A stretch of 64,000 bases of DNA from Candidatus Saccharicenans sp. GTDB lineage: Bacteria > Acidobacteriota > Aminicenantia > Aminicenantales > Saccharicenantaceae. The notes under the pieces were generated by a model. The model saw only the letters and a program-made list of their open reading frames with translations, did no database searches and was not told where the DNA came from. Shown one piece after another: positions 19,310 to 30,698 of the stretch (positions are counted from its first letter, which is position 1; every line of letters starts with the position of its first letter). Made by a program: the position numbers and the translations under genes. The DNA lies in assembly GCA_030018265.1 (NCBI GenBank), contig JASEFX010000007.1:1122-65121 (forward strand), given 5' to 3'.

Positions 19310-21673
19310 GTGGGTAAATCGCTGGTAATCGTAGAATCTCCAGCTAAAGCTAAAACGGTAAACCGCTATCTCGGCCCGGGCTATCTGGTTAAAGCCTCGA
19401 TGGGACACGTCTGCGACCTGCCTAAATCCAGGCTCGGAGTTGACCTGAAGAATGATTTCAAGCCTACCTATCAGATCATACCTGAGAAGAAGCGCCTGGT
19501 GGCGGAATTGAGAAAACTCGCCCGGGAAGCGGAAAAGGTGATTTTAGCCGCTGACCCTGATCGCGAAGGAGAAGCCATCTCCTGGCACTTGCAGCAGCTG
19601 CTGTCTTCCGAAAACGAGAAAATCTACCGCGCGGTCTTCTATGAGATTACCGAAGAAGCCATCAAGGAAGCTTTCAAGAAACTCGGGCCGCTCGACCAGA
19701 ACAAGATCAATGCCCAGCAGACGAGAAGGATTCTCGACCGGCTCGTTGGCTATCTGATCAGTCCTCTGCTCTGGAAAAAAATCGGCCGCGGATTGAGCGC
19801 CGGTCGGGTTCAGTCGGTCGCCCTGCGGCTGATCTGCGAACGCGAAAAAGAAATTAAAGAGTTCAATCCCGAGGAATACTGGACGATTGCCGCTATCCTG
19901 AGGGCTGAAAATCCGCCGGAATTTCGGGCTCAACTTTCGCAGATAGACGGCAAAAAAGCCCGCATAAAAGATGAAAAGTCAGCCCGGGAAATTCTGGAAG
20001 TCTGCCGTCAGGAACCTTTTGTTTTGGAAAAGATTCAGGTTAAGGGCAGAAAGAAAAATCCTCCGGCTCCTTACATCACCTCAACCCTGCAGCAGGATGC
20101 CTACCGGCTGCTTAAATTTCCTGTGAAAAAGACGATGATGGTCGCCCAGAGACTTTATGAGGGGCTGGAAATCGGCGAACTCGGTCCGGTCGGTTTGATT
20201 ACCTACATGCGCACGGATTCAGTCAGGATTTCAGAAGCCGCCAGGCAGGCCGCTAAGAAATACATAGCCGAAAATTTCGGACCGGAATATGTTCCTGAGA
20301 AACCGGTGCCTCATAAGTCGAGGAAAACAGCTCAGGAAGCGCATGAAGCCATCAGGCCAACCCATATGGAACTGACGCCGGAGAAAATCAAACCCTACGT
20401 TAAAAAAGAAGAGTATGACCTCTACCGTCTTATCTGGAATAGATTTTTAGCATCGCAGATGAGTCCGGCCGAGGTGGAAGAAACTCAGTTTGAAATCCGC
20501 TGCTCCAGGTATGTTTTTGTGGCAAAGGGTGAGGTTATTAAATTCAAAGGTTACCTGGCTCTTTCTGAGAGAGAAAAACTTCAGTTTGAAGCGCCCCGGA
20601 ACGGGGAAAGCAAAGCCGGGGATGAAGAAGAAAAAGACCAGGGACTGCTGCCCCCGGCCAGAGAGGGTGAAATCCTCTCCCTGGTGGACCTGGAAAGCAA
20701 ACAGAATTTTACCCAGCCTCCCCCGCGTTACACCGAAGCCACGCTGGTTAAGGAGCTCGAAGCCAGGGGCATAGGCAGGCCAAGCACTTACGCACCGATA
20801 ATCGCCACCCTGCAGGACCGGACTTATGTTATCAAGGAAGAAGGGCGGTTCCGGCCGACAGAGCTCGGGATGTTTGTGACCGATTTTCTGGTTAAATATT
20901 TCACCGAGCTTTTTGATTATAAATTTACGGCAAAGATGGAAGAAACCCTCGACCGCATCTGTGATGGTGAGGCTGACTGGCTGGAAAGCCTGAGACAGTA
21001 TTATCATCTCCTCCAGGAATATCTGAAGAAGGGTCATGAGACTGAATCCGTAAGGAGGAACGGCATCCCGGTGGAAGACCGGTGCCCGCGCTGCGGGAAA
21101 AACCTGGTTATAAGAGAGGGTCGTTACGGAAGGTTCAAGGCGTGTTCCGGTTATCCTGAATGCAAGTATAAGGAACCGCTGGTGAAGAAGACGCAGAGCC
21201 ATCTTCCCGAGAAAAAATGTCCGAAGTGCGGTTCTCCTCTTGCGCGGCGGCGCGGCCCGTATGGCTTTTTTAACGCCTGCTCAGCCTACCCGAAATGCGA
21301 TTATATTGAGAAAAAAGAGGTGGTGGATACAGGCCAGCTCTGCCCGCTCGGCTGCGGCGGAACAATCCTCATAAGAAAATCGAAGAGAGGCAAGCCATTT
21401 TACGGCTGCAGCCATTTTCCCCGTTGCAGGTTTTTGAGCTGGGATGAGGTTGTGGCCCGGAGCTGTCCGAAGTGCGGGGCGAATTTTCTGCTGAAGAAGA
21501 CCCCGGCCAGGAAAAAACCATACCTGTACTGCAAGAGCTGCGATTATGTAAATTATGATGAGGTCGCGCTGGAACAGAACCAGACAGAAGCGACCGCCGC
21601 GGCCACCTCGCCCGAAGGTCAGGTTAGCTCAAATCCGGCCGGTGAGGCTCGCTCCGATGAAAAAAGAGATTGA
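19310..21673 (+). CDS. topA: DNA topoisomerase I
   Basis: LVIVESPAKAKT, DPDREGEAI, SAGRVQS, ITYMRTDS, C-terminal zinc ribbons. Confidence 0.97.
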   Translation: MGKSLVIVESPAKAKTVNRYLGPGYLVKASMGHVCDLPKSRLGVDLKNDFKPTYQIIPEKKRLVAELRKLAREAEKVILAADPDREGEAISWHLQQLLSSENEKIYRAVFYEITEEAIKEAFKKLGPLDQNKINAQQTRRILDRLVGYLISPLLWKKIGRGLSAGRVQSVALRLICEREKEIKEFNPEEYWTIAAILRAENPPEFRAQLSQIDGKKARIKDEKSAREILEVCRQEPFVLEKIQVKGRKKNPPAPYITSTLQQDAYRLLKFPVKKTMMVAQRLYEGLEIGELGPVGLITYMRTDSVRISEAARQAAKKYIAENFGPEYVPEKPVPHKSRKTAQEAHEAIRPTHMELTPEKIKPYVKKEEYDLYRLIWNRFLASQMSPAEVEETQFEIRCSRYVFVAKGEVIKFKGYLALSEREKLQFEAPRNGESKAGDEEEKDQGLLPPAREGEILSLVDLESKQNFTQPPPRYTEATLVKELEARGIGRPSTYAPIIATLQDRTYVIKEEGRFRPTELGMFVTDFLVKYFTELFDYKFTAKMEETLDRICDGEADWLESLRQYYHLLQEYLKKGHETESVRRNGIPVEDRCPRCGKNLVIREGRYGRFKACSGYPECKYKEPLVKKTQSHLPEKKCPKCGSPLARRRGPYGFFNACSAYPKCDYIEKKEVVDTGQLCPLGCGGTILIRKSKRGKPFYGCSHFPRCRFLSWDEVVARSCPKCGANFLLKKTPARKKPYLYCKSCDYVNYDEVALEQNQTEATAAATSPEGQVSSNPAGEARSDEKRD

Positions 21674-22544
21674 ACAATTTCTGGACTATCTTAAATTTGA
21701 AAAGAACGCTTCACCTCATACTATCTCCAGTTACCGGCGAGATCTCAGCCAGCTGGCTGAATATTTGAAGGGAAAAGGCTGCGGCTGGAGAAATGTGGAA
21801 ACCCTGACCCTGCGCGGGTTTCTGGCGGAGCTGCATGAACGGCGGCTTAAGAAAAGTTCGATCATCCGGAAACTGGCGGCCATGCGTTCTTTCTTTGAGT
21901 ATGCGCTGCGCAGAAAATGGCGGGAAGATAATCCGGCCAGCGCGCTGTCCACGCCGCGTAAGGAACAGCAAATTCCAGGCTTTCTGACCGAGGAAGAAAC
22001 CGCCAGGCTGCTCGAATGGTCGGTCGACCGTGAAGATCCGCTCGAGGTCCGGGACAGAGCAATTCTGGAATTGCTTTACGCATCCGGTCTGAGAGTCTCA
22101 GAGTTAACCGGACTCGACCTGGAAGACCTTCATCTCAGGGAAAGGCTGGTCAGGGTAAAAGGTAAAGGGAAAAAAGAAAGAGTCGTGCCTTTTGGCCGGG
22201 AAGCGGAAAGGTGGTTGAAAGAATATCTGAGCCGGCGTTCGGTGCTCGGGAAAAAAGCGCCGGCGAGTCCGGCGCTTTTTCTCAACAATCGAGGGCAGAG
22301 ATTGACTCCGCGTTCTGTCCAGCGTCTGGTGCAGAAACGGTTGAAACAGATTGCCGTTTTCCGGCGCATAAGTCCTCATTCTCTGCGGCATTCTTTTGCT
22401 TCTCATCTTTTAAGCCGGGGAGCTGACCTCAGAGCCATCCAGGAACTTCTCGGTCACAGGAGTTTAGCCACCACCCAGAAATACACTCACCTTGACCTTA
22501 ATCGTCTTCTGGAAGTCTACCGGAAATCCCACCCCCGTTCCTGA
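21657..22544 (+). CDS. xerC: Tyrosine recombinase XerC
   Basis: LYASGLRVSEL, PHSLRHSFASHLL, LLGH, TTQKYTH; conserved dprA-topA-xerC order. Confidence 0.88.
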   Translation: MKKEIEQFLDYLKFEKNASPHTISSYRRDLSQLAEYLKGKGCGWRNVETLTLRGFLAELHERRLKKSSIIRKLAAMRSFFEYALRRKWREDNPASALSTPRKEQQIPGFLTEEETARLLEWSVDREDPLEVRDRAILELLYASGLRVSELTGLDLEDLHLRERLVRVKGKGKKERVVPFGREAERWLKEYLSRRSVLGKKAPASPALFLNNRGQRLTPRSVQRLVQKRLKQIAVFRRISPHSLRHSFASHLLSRGADLRAIQELLGHRSLATTQKYTHLDLNRLLEVYRKSHPRS

Positions 22545-22561
22545 AAAAATTCCTGGATAGT

Positions 22562-22607
22562 AAAAAAAAAGAAAGGGCAGGAAAGCTACCGGACTCTTTC
22601 CTGCCCT
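22562..22607 (-). terminator. Intrinsic terminator of comEA (possibly bidirectional)
   Basis: 12-bp stem AGGGCAGGAAAG (22574-22585)/CTTTCCTGCCCT (22596-22607), followed on the minus strand by a long T tract. Confidence 0.8.
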
Positions 22608-22625
22608 GAGAATTTCCCGCCGGGA

Positions 22626-22934
22626 TTATTTAGCCTCGCCGACCGTGATCAGATCCTTGATCTGATTGAAGACTTTTTCCCCGATGCCCCGCACTTTCAT
22701 TATGTCTTCAATCTTTTTGAACGGGCCGTTCTGCGTGCGGTAATCAACAATTCTCTGGGCTACCTTCGGGCCGATCCGCGGAAGCGTCTGAAGCTCGCTA
22801 ACGGGGGCGGTGTTAATGTTGATTTTTTTGGTGGTTGAGGCTGACTGATTCTGGGCCAGAACCAGGCCGGCGGCCAGAGCCAGCATCAGAACAACAAGGC
22901 TGAAAGATGTGACCTTTCTAATAGCTCCGGTCAT
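22626..22934 (-). CDS. comEA: ComEA-like periplasmic helix-hairpin-helix DNA-binding protein
   Basis: Signal peptide; KININTA...LQTLPRIGPKVAQRIVDYR...GPF...VRGIGEK. Confidence 0.9.
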   Translation of the reverse strand: MTGAIRKVTSFSLVVLMLALAAGLVLAQNQSASTTKKININTAPVSELQTLPRIGPKVAQRIVDYRTQNGPFKKIEDIMKVRGIGEKVFNQIKDLITVGEAK

Positions 22935-22961
22935 TTTATACCTCCTTTCATTCGAAGAAAA

Positions 22962-22977
22962 TGCGAGAAACGGACCA
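22962..22977 (-). promoter_or_regulatory. Candidate sigma54 (-24/-12) promoter of comEA
   Basis: Minus strand TGGTCCGTTTCTCGCA = GG-N10-GC, just upstream of the AAAGGAGG RBS. Confidence 0.45.
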
Positions 22978-23131
22978 GATTGCCGGCAAATATAAATTAT
23001 TTTTTATCAAGAAGATAGAAGATGAAGAGCTGAATGCAGTGTAAACGGTGGTTTACAGTCAGCGGTATGAAGTAAATTAATTTTGTCAGAAGGAGTACTT
23101 TCGTTTTTTCTTCAGGAGTTCTTTCCTGCTA

Positions 23132-23740
23132 TCAGCGGCTGTTCAGGTATTTTTTGAGGAAGCGCAGGAGTTTGTTCAAAGCCCTGCCGCGATGACTCAC
23201 CCGGTTTTTTTCTTCGGAAGTCAGCCGGGCAAAAGTTTTTTTGAGGGGCGTATAATAAAAAACCGGGTCGTAGCCGAATCCTCTCCGGCCATCAGGCTGG
23301 CTTAGAATCACTCCCTGCACCTGTCCTTTGAAGGTTTTGATCACTCTGCCCTGCTGCCCCAGGGTAGCCACGCAAACAAAACGCGCCCGACGCCGGGATG
23401 GCGGGACTCCGGACAGGAGCTTTAATAACTTCTGGATATTTTTTTCATCGGTGGCGCCGGGCCCGGAAAACCTGGCCGAACGAACGCCGGGCTGGCCCTG
23501 AAGCGCTTCCACTTCGAGCCCGGAATCTTCTGCCAGGACCAGTCCAGGATAGTGCCGGCTGTAATAGAGGCATTTGCCTCGGCTGTTTTCTTCAAATGTT
23601 TTACCCGTTTCGCGGTATTTACCGTATTCCGGATATTGCTCGAGACTTTCTATTTTCAGCGGGAGGCAGCGAAGAAGCTTCTTCATCTCCCGGATTTTTC
23701 CCCTGTTGGTGGTGGCCAGTAACAATCGTCGTTCAATCAA
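23132..23740 (-). CDS. rdgB: Non-canonical purine NTP pyrophosphatase RdgB/HAM1
   Basis: ATTNRGKIRE, EDSGLEV, PGVRSAR, GFGYDPVF, KNRVSHRGRA; TTG start inferred. Confidence 0.95.
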   Translation of the reverse strand: MIERRLLLATTNRGKIREMKKLLRCLPLKIESLEQYPEYGKYRETGKTFEENSRGKCLYYSRHYPGLVLAEDSGLEVEALQGQPGVRSARFSGPGATDEKNIQKLLKLLSGVPPSRRRARFVCVATLGQQGRVIKTFKGQVQGVILSQPDGRRGFGYDPVFYYTPLKKTFARLTSEEKNRVSHRGRALNKLLRFLKKYLNSR

Positions 23741-24380
23741 CCCGGAATTCCTCCAGCTCGCCAAGGTTCATGAGGGCATCGGCGAACTCGTGTTCTTTCT
23801 CTTCGCTTCCGGTGATGGAGAAATTCAAAATCAGATGCAGGTCTTCTTTTTTTATGTTCAACCTTTCAAGTTTAATTCCATAATGAAAGCTCAAACGGCG
23901 CAGTCTTGAGAGCAGATCAGGAGAATCTTTGTATTTAAGGTGATAATGATAAACATTCTTTCTCAGGTAAAGCGCTTCTATCTTCCGGAAAGCCACCAGG
24001 GTGGCGATGATCAAAGCCGTCAGAATCAGCGAGGGGATGTAGTATCCGGCGCCGATGACCAGTCCGAGACCGGCGACCACCCAGATGGTGGTGGCGGTGG
24101 TCAGACCGATCACCATCCCTCGAGCCTGAATGATCGTCCCGGCTCCGAGAAAACCTATCCCGGTGATCACGCCGGCAGCCATGCGGATAAGCGAGTCGGG
24201 AGTGGCCGCTGACCCCTGGACCAGGCCGACGGCCAGGCTCATCATCATGGCTGAACCGACGCAGACTAAGATGTTCGTGCGGAATCCGGCCGGTTTCTGG
24301 CTGGCTTCGCGTTCTATGCCAATCAAGCCACCGAGGGCCACAGCCAGGATCAATTTCAGGATGATTTCAAGTATGTTCAT
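23733..24380 (-). CDS. MgtC/SapB family membrane protein
   Basis: GIEREASQKPAGFRTNILV, ITGIGFLGAGTI, GLTTATTIW; ACT-like C-terminus. Confidence 0.92.
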   Translation of the reverse strand: MNILEIILKLILAVALGGLIGIEREASQKPAGFRTNILVCVGSAMMMSLAVGLVQGSAATPDSLIRMAAGVITGIGFLGAGTIIQARGMVIGLTTATTIWVVAGLGLVIGAGYYIPSLILTALIIATLVAFRKIEALYLRKNVYHYHLKYKDSPDLLSRLRRLSFHYGIKLERLNIKKEDLHLILNFSITGSEEKEHEFADALMNLGELEEFRVD

Positions 24381-24498
24381 GCCTCTGCCCTTTCTTCGGG
24401 TTGCCGCCGTTTTGATTTACTGGCGAAATCGGGGCGGCTTCTACAATTTTATTAAAATCAAATAAAAAATAGAAGAAGGAAGAACCGGACGGGGTTAG

Positions 24499-25839
<1,341 letters not shown>

Positions 25840-26056
25840 AACATTAATACGGATTCAGCCAGAAATTTAAGAGAAATTTTTTCAACCTGGAATTAGCGGC
25901 AACAATATTTCTGTCTGCCGGTTGCACTGGCCGGGCTGAATAAAAGTCTTCGCCTCTGAGCTTCTCGCCAGAAGGCTTTTTCAGTCGGTTCAATAAAAAT
26001 TATTTTTGCTTTTTGCGGTTCTGTTATGTATTCTTAAACTAATCGAGGATTCAGGG

Positions 26057-27214
26057 ATGAAGAGATTTCTCTGTCTTTTTATAGTCTGGGTTATTCTGCT
26101 GGGGGTTGTAAATCTGGAAGCCAGAGCTCAGGCGGCGAAAATCCGGCTGCGGGTAGTCGCGGAGCAGGCGAACATCAGAGTCAAGCCGGATATCGGAAGT
26201 GAAATGCTCTGGCAGGTGGCCGGCGGGACGGACCTGCTGGCGGAGAAAAAGGAAGGCGAATGGTATCTGGTGACGCTGGAAAAACCCGATGGCTCGCGAA
26301 TTCGCGGCTATGTTCATGAAAGCCTGGTGGAAGAAATCTCAACCGAAAAGAAATCTACGGTGATGCGGCTGCCGGCAGAAAAAGTTACGGAAAAAGTTTC
26401 TGCTCCTGAAAAAACTGTTGCGGTGGTTGAAATGTCCAGGGTAAAGACAGAAAAGGAATTTTCCCTTTTCCTTTTTGGTGGCGGAAGTTATCTCTCGCCG
26501 GCGGAGTTAAACCAGGCAGCCCAGGGAGTCACTGATTATTATTTGATTGCGCTGAACTCGGGGAAAAAAGTTAGCCTTGGCGGCCTGCATCCCGCCTGGT
26601 CCTACGGGCTCGATTTCTTCTATCATTTTTACCCGCAACTGTCCCTCGGGCTCGGTTTCGATTATCAGCAGGGTTCGAAATATTCGTCGGTTGATTTTAC
26701 CGTTAACAACCTAGCCTGCAGGGTCATGACCGAACCTGAACTGAGAAACTTAGCCTTCAGGTTTTCGCTGCTTTTTCAGCCGGCTAATGTTTTTTATTTC
26801 AGAGCAGGAATAGAGGTGAGCCTGGCCAGACTCGGTTATTTATATCGGGTGGAACAGGGCGATTCCTGGATGGAATGGCGTGGCCGGGCCAGTGGATTTA
26901 ATGCGGGCTGGATGGAGGCAGCCGGGATATTGATACCCGTTACCACCTGGCTGGAATTTTATGTAGAAGGCGCTTACCGCTATGTCAGAATAAAGAATTT
27001 TGAGGGAACGAATTATTATTCTGATTCCGACGGTTTGCAGAAGACAGAGAAAGGAAAACTCTATTACTGGACAGTAAATTACAACTCGAGATATTATTCT
27101 GCTTTATTCGTTCGCGACCGGCTGCCGACCGACCCGGGCGTGCTGGACCCGAGAGAAGCCAGCGTCAACCTTTCGGGCTTCACTTTGAGAGCCGGTGTTC
27201 GCCTTTCTTTCTGA
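26057..27214 (+). CDS. Outer-membrane beta-barrel protein with N-terminal bacterial SH3 domain
   Basis: Signal peptide; ANIRVKP...GEWYLV...RGYVHESLV (SH3b-like); linker; amphipathic strands ending GVRLSF. Confidence 0.7.
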   Translation: MKRFLCLFIVWVILLGVVNLEARAQAAKIRLRVVAEQANIRVKPDIGSEMLWQVAGGTDLLAEKKEGEWYLVTLEKPDGSRIRGYVHESLVEEISTEKKSTVMRLPAEKVTEKVSAPEKTVAVVEMSRVKTEKEFSLFLFGGGSYLSPAELNQAAQGVTDYYLIALNSGKKVSLGGLHPAWSYGLDFFYHFYPQLSLGLGFDYQQGSKYSSVDFTVNNLACRVMTEPELRNLAFRFSLLFQPANVFYFRAGIEVSLARLGYLYRVEQGDSWMEWRGRASGFNAGWMEAAGILIPVTTWLEFYVEGAYRYVRIKNFEGTNYYSDSDGLQKTEKGKLYYWTVNYNSRYYSALFVRDRLPTDPGVLDPREASVNLSGFTLRAGVRLSF

Positions 27215-27493
27215 ATCTCTCCTGACCTTTTTGTTTGAGTCGCCACGGCTTGCTAAGACCGGTAATGCTGGAAAGCAAGTGGAAAGATTATCAGAAGAAA
27301 AAATCCGCAATAACTTTTTTCCCTTCCAGGTTATTTTACCGGCGCAAGCGCAGAAGATGCGAAAGGGGATGGTCAGAATCTGGTGATAACGAAGTCTGAA
27401 CGGGAGAAATTGTCAAATCTGTTTGTTTGCTGATAGAGATTTTTCTTATAATGCTATCTTCGCTTAATTACAGACGAAGGCGCGGAGGTCAGT

Positions 27494-28954
27494 TTGACGC
27501 AGCGAGAACATTTTGTTTCGCGACTGGGATTTGTGGCCGCGGCCATCGGCATGGCTGTGGGCACCGGAAATATCTGGCGCTTTCCCCGAATGGCAGCTCA
27601 GTACGGTGGCGGAGTGTTCGTGCTGGTGTACCTCCTGGCGCTTCTTTTGTGGTCAGCTCCGCTTCTTATGGTTGAGATGGCCATCGGGAGAAAAACCAGG
27701 CTGGGTCCGGTCGGCGGGTTTCGTGATTTTATCGGCGAGAGTTACACCTGGATGGGCGGCTGGATGGTGGCTGTCTGTATGCTCATTACCTTTTACTATG
27801 CGGTAATTACCGGATGGTGCGCCAAATATTTTGTTCTTTCGCTCCAGGGAGCTTTCAGAGAGGGGGTGGATACAGCCACTATCTGGCATAATTTCCAGCA
27901 CAACAGAATGGAGAATATCTTCTTTCAGGCTCTGGCCATCGGTCTCTGTGGTTTGATCATCTACAGGGGAATCCAGAAAGGCGTCGAACGGATTAATAAG
28001 ATTCTGGTGCCCTCGCTTTTCGTTTTTCTGGCGATTGCCGCCGCCAGGGCCATTACTCTGCCAGGAGCCGGCCTGGGCCTGAGCTATCTGTTTGTGCCCG
28101 ACTGGAGCAAACTGGCAGACCCGGCCACCTGGCTGCAGGCTTTCACCCAATCGGCCTGGTCAACCGGCGCCGGCTGGGGGCTGATGCTAACCTATGCGGT
28201 CTATACGAGCAAAAAAGACGATATTCCCCAGAATTGCCTGACCGTCGGGTTTGGTGATAACTGTGCGGCTTTACTGGCCGGCATGGCTGTCATCCCCACG
28301 ATCTTTGCTCTTGCTCCCGACCCGGCTGCGGCCCGGGCTTCACTCGGAGATAATATGGGACTGACTTTTATTTCGCTGGCGGGCCTTTTCCCGAAGATGA
28401 AAGGCGGGTTGATCGTGGCCCCGGTGTTTTTCCTGGCTATGCTTTTTGCCGCTCTCTCTTCGCTCATTGCCCAGGTGGAACTTGGAGCCAGAGCCCTGAT
28501 GGATTTTGGCTGGAGCCGGAAGAAAAGCACGGTTATGATAATACTCCTGTGCTTTCTGTTTGGTCTGCCTTCGGCTGCTTTTCCGTCTTTCCTTCTAAAT
28601 CAGGATTGGGTGTGGGGCATGGCGCTTCTGGTCAGCGGCTTCTGGACGATTTTAGCTGCAAGAAAATATGGCCCGGAAAAGCTGCGGCGGGAGATTAATG
28701 CCGGAGCTGAGCTGAGACTCGGCCGCTGGTGGACTGTAATCTTGAGATATATTTCTCCTTTGATCTTTCTGACGGTGACCGGATGGTGGTTCTACCAGGC
28801 CATAACCTGGGATAAAACCTCCTGGTGGCATCCGTTTAAGACCTCCACCGTGGGAACAATTCTTTTGCAGTGGTTGATATTGCTGGCGCTGGTATTGCTG
28901 TTAAACAAGCATCTTGTCCGCCGGACCGGAAAACCTCTCGATTATGGGGATTGA
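27494..28954 (+). CDS. Sodium-dependent NSS (SNF) family transporter
   Basis: GMAVGTGNIWRFP, ITFYYAVITGW, AFTQSAWSTGAGWG; GGAGG RBS before TTG. Confidence 0.92.
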   Translation: MTQREHFVSRLGFVAAAIGMAVGTGNIWRFPRMAAQYGGGVFVLVYLLALLLWSAPLLMVEMAIGRKTRLGPVGGFRDFIGESYTWMGGWMVAVCMLITFYYAVITGWCAKYFVLSLQGAFREGVDTATIWHNFQHNRMENIFFQALAIGLCGLIIYRGIQKGVERINKILVPSLFVFLAIAAARAITLPGAGLGLSYLFVPDWSKLADPATWLQAFTQSAWSTGAGWGLMLTYAVYTSKKDDIPQNCLTVGFGDNCAALLAGMAVIPTIFALAPDPAAARASLGDNMGLTFISLAGLFPKMKGGLIVAPVFFLAMLFAALSSLIAQVELGARALMDFGWSRKKSTVMIILLCFLFGLPSAAFPSFLLNQDWVWGMALLVSGFWTILAARKYGPEKLRREINAGAELRLGRWWTVILRYISPLIFLTVTGWWFYQAITWDKTSWWHPFKTSTVGTILLQWLILLALVLLLNKHLVRRTGKPLDYGD

Positions 28955-28955
28955 A

Positions 28956-29051
28956 ATGGAAGTAATTGTCTGGATGGTGGTAATTCTCGGGTTGAATTTC
29001 GGGGCGCTCGGTTATTTTCTCTGGAGGCTTCTCCGGAAAAAAGGGTCCTGA
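28956..29051 (+). CDS. Small single-TM subunit of the NSS transporter (MetS-like), 31 aa, absent from the ORF track
   Basis: MEVIVWMVVILGLNFGALGYFLWRLLRKKGS* starts 1 nt after the transporter stop; hydrophobic helix plus basic tail. Confidence 0.7.
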   Translation: MEVIVWMVVILGLNFGALGYFLWRLLRKKGS

Positions 29052-29120
29052 CAATTCTGAACTGATTAACCGGCTTCAGCGGAAGCACAAAAGAAATAAT
29101 TTCCGGGTGCAGAATGCTCT

Positions 29121-29819
29121 TTAAGCCTTTACTTCCTCGTATTTATAACCAACTCCCCTGACGCTGTGGATGAAAGCTGCCAGAGGACCGAGTTTTTCTC
29201 TGAGGTGTCTGATGTGGACGTCAACCGTGCGGTGAATTACCACCTTTTCCTGACCCCACAGGCGGTCCAGGATCTCGTCTCTGGTAAATACTCTTCCGGG
29301 CCGGGAGGTGAGAAGTTCAAGAATCCTGAATTCGCTAAGGGTGAGTTCGACCGGCTTTCCCATGACCAGAACTTCAAATTTTTCCGGTCTGATGATGAGC
29401 TTGCCTCCGGCCAGATTTTTTTCGGAAGTTTCCGGGGTGAGCGATTTGTCCCGGCGGCGGAGAACAGCTTTGATCCGGGCTTCAAGTTCGCGCAGGGAAA
29501 AAGGTTTGGTCACATAATCGTCGGCGCCCATTTCCAGTCCGGTTACCCGGTCGGCTTCCTGTGATCTGGCGGTAAGCATGATGATGGGAATGTCTGCCCG
29601 TTCCGGCTGGCTTTTTAACCAGCGGCAGATTTCCAGGCCGTCGCTTCCAGGCAACATCAGGTCGAGAAGAATAAGGTCGGGCCGGTGACGCTCGAGATAC
29701 CTGAAGAAAGATCCTGGATTACTGAAAGCCTCGACTCTGTAGCCGGCCCTGGATAAATTCGTCTGGACCAGTTTCAGTATGTCCTCTTCGTCATCCAGGA
29801 TGGCAATGGTTCTGGACAT
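29121..29819 (-). CDS. phoB: OmpR/PhoB-family response regulator
   Basis: Receiver domain (ILDDE, LDLMLP, GADDYVTKPFS) plus winged helix (RTVDVHIRHLREKL, SVRGVGY); downstream of pst operon 2. Confidence 0.8.
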   Translation of the reverse strand: MSRTIAILDDEEDILKLVQTNLSRAGYRVEAFSNPGSFFRYLERHRPDLILLDLMLPGSDGLEICRWLKSQPERADIPIIMLTARSQEADRVTGLEMGADDYVTKPFSLRELEARIKAVLRRRDKSLTPETSEKNLAGGKLIIRPEKFEVLVMGKPVELTLSEFRILELLTSRPGRVFTRDEILDRLWGQEKVVIHRTVDVHIRHLREKLGPLAAFIHSVRGVGYKYEEVKA

Positions 29820-29910
29820 TTCTTGGTTCCTTTATATTCTAATATTTTTTTCTCCGGGTGTTCAAACTAAAATTCCGCGCAATCCGAATAATAACCGTAA
29901 CAGTTCCGGC

Positions 29911-30696
<786 letters not shown>

Positions 30697-30698
30697 GG

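Noticed and set aside
21657-22544. Tyrosine recombinase as a sign of a prophage or integrative element
   Set aside because: It sits in the conserved dprA-topA-xerC housekeeping order, with no att repeats, tRNA or cargo genes; I did not recognise a dif site in the window
27215-27493. Glycine- or lysine-riboswitch-like words (CGGGAGA, CGAAGGCGC, GAAAGGGG) upstream of the NSS transporter
   Set aside because: The required downstream CTCTCAGG element and pairing are missing, and a TATAAT promoter element lies between the words
29076-29120. RKLFLLCF peptide after the phoB stop as a possible phoR remnant
   Set aside because: Too short, no start codon, and indistinguishable from chance
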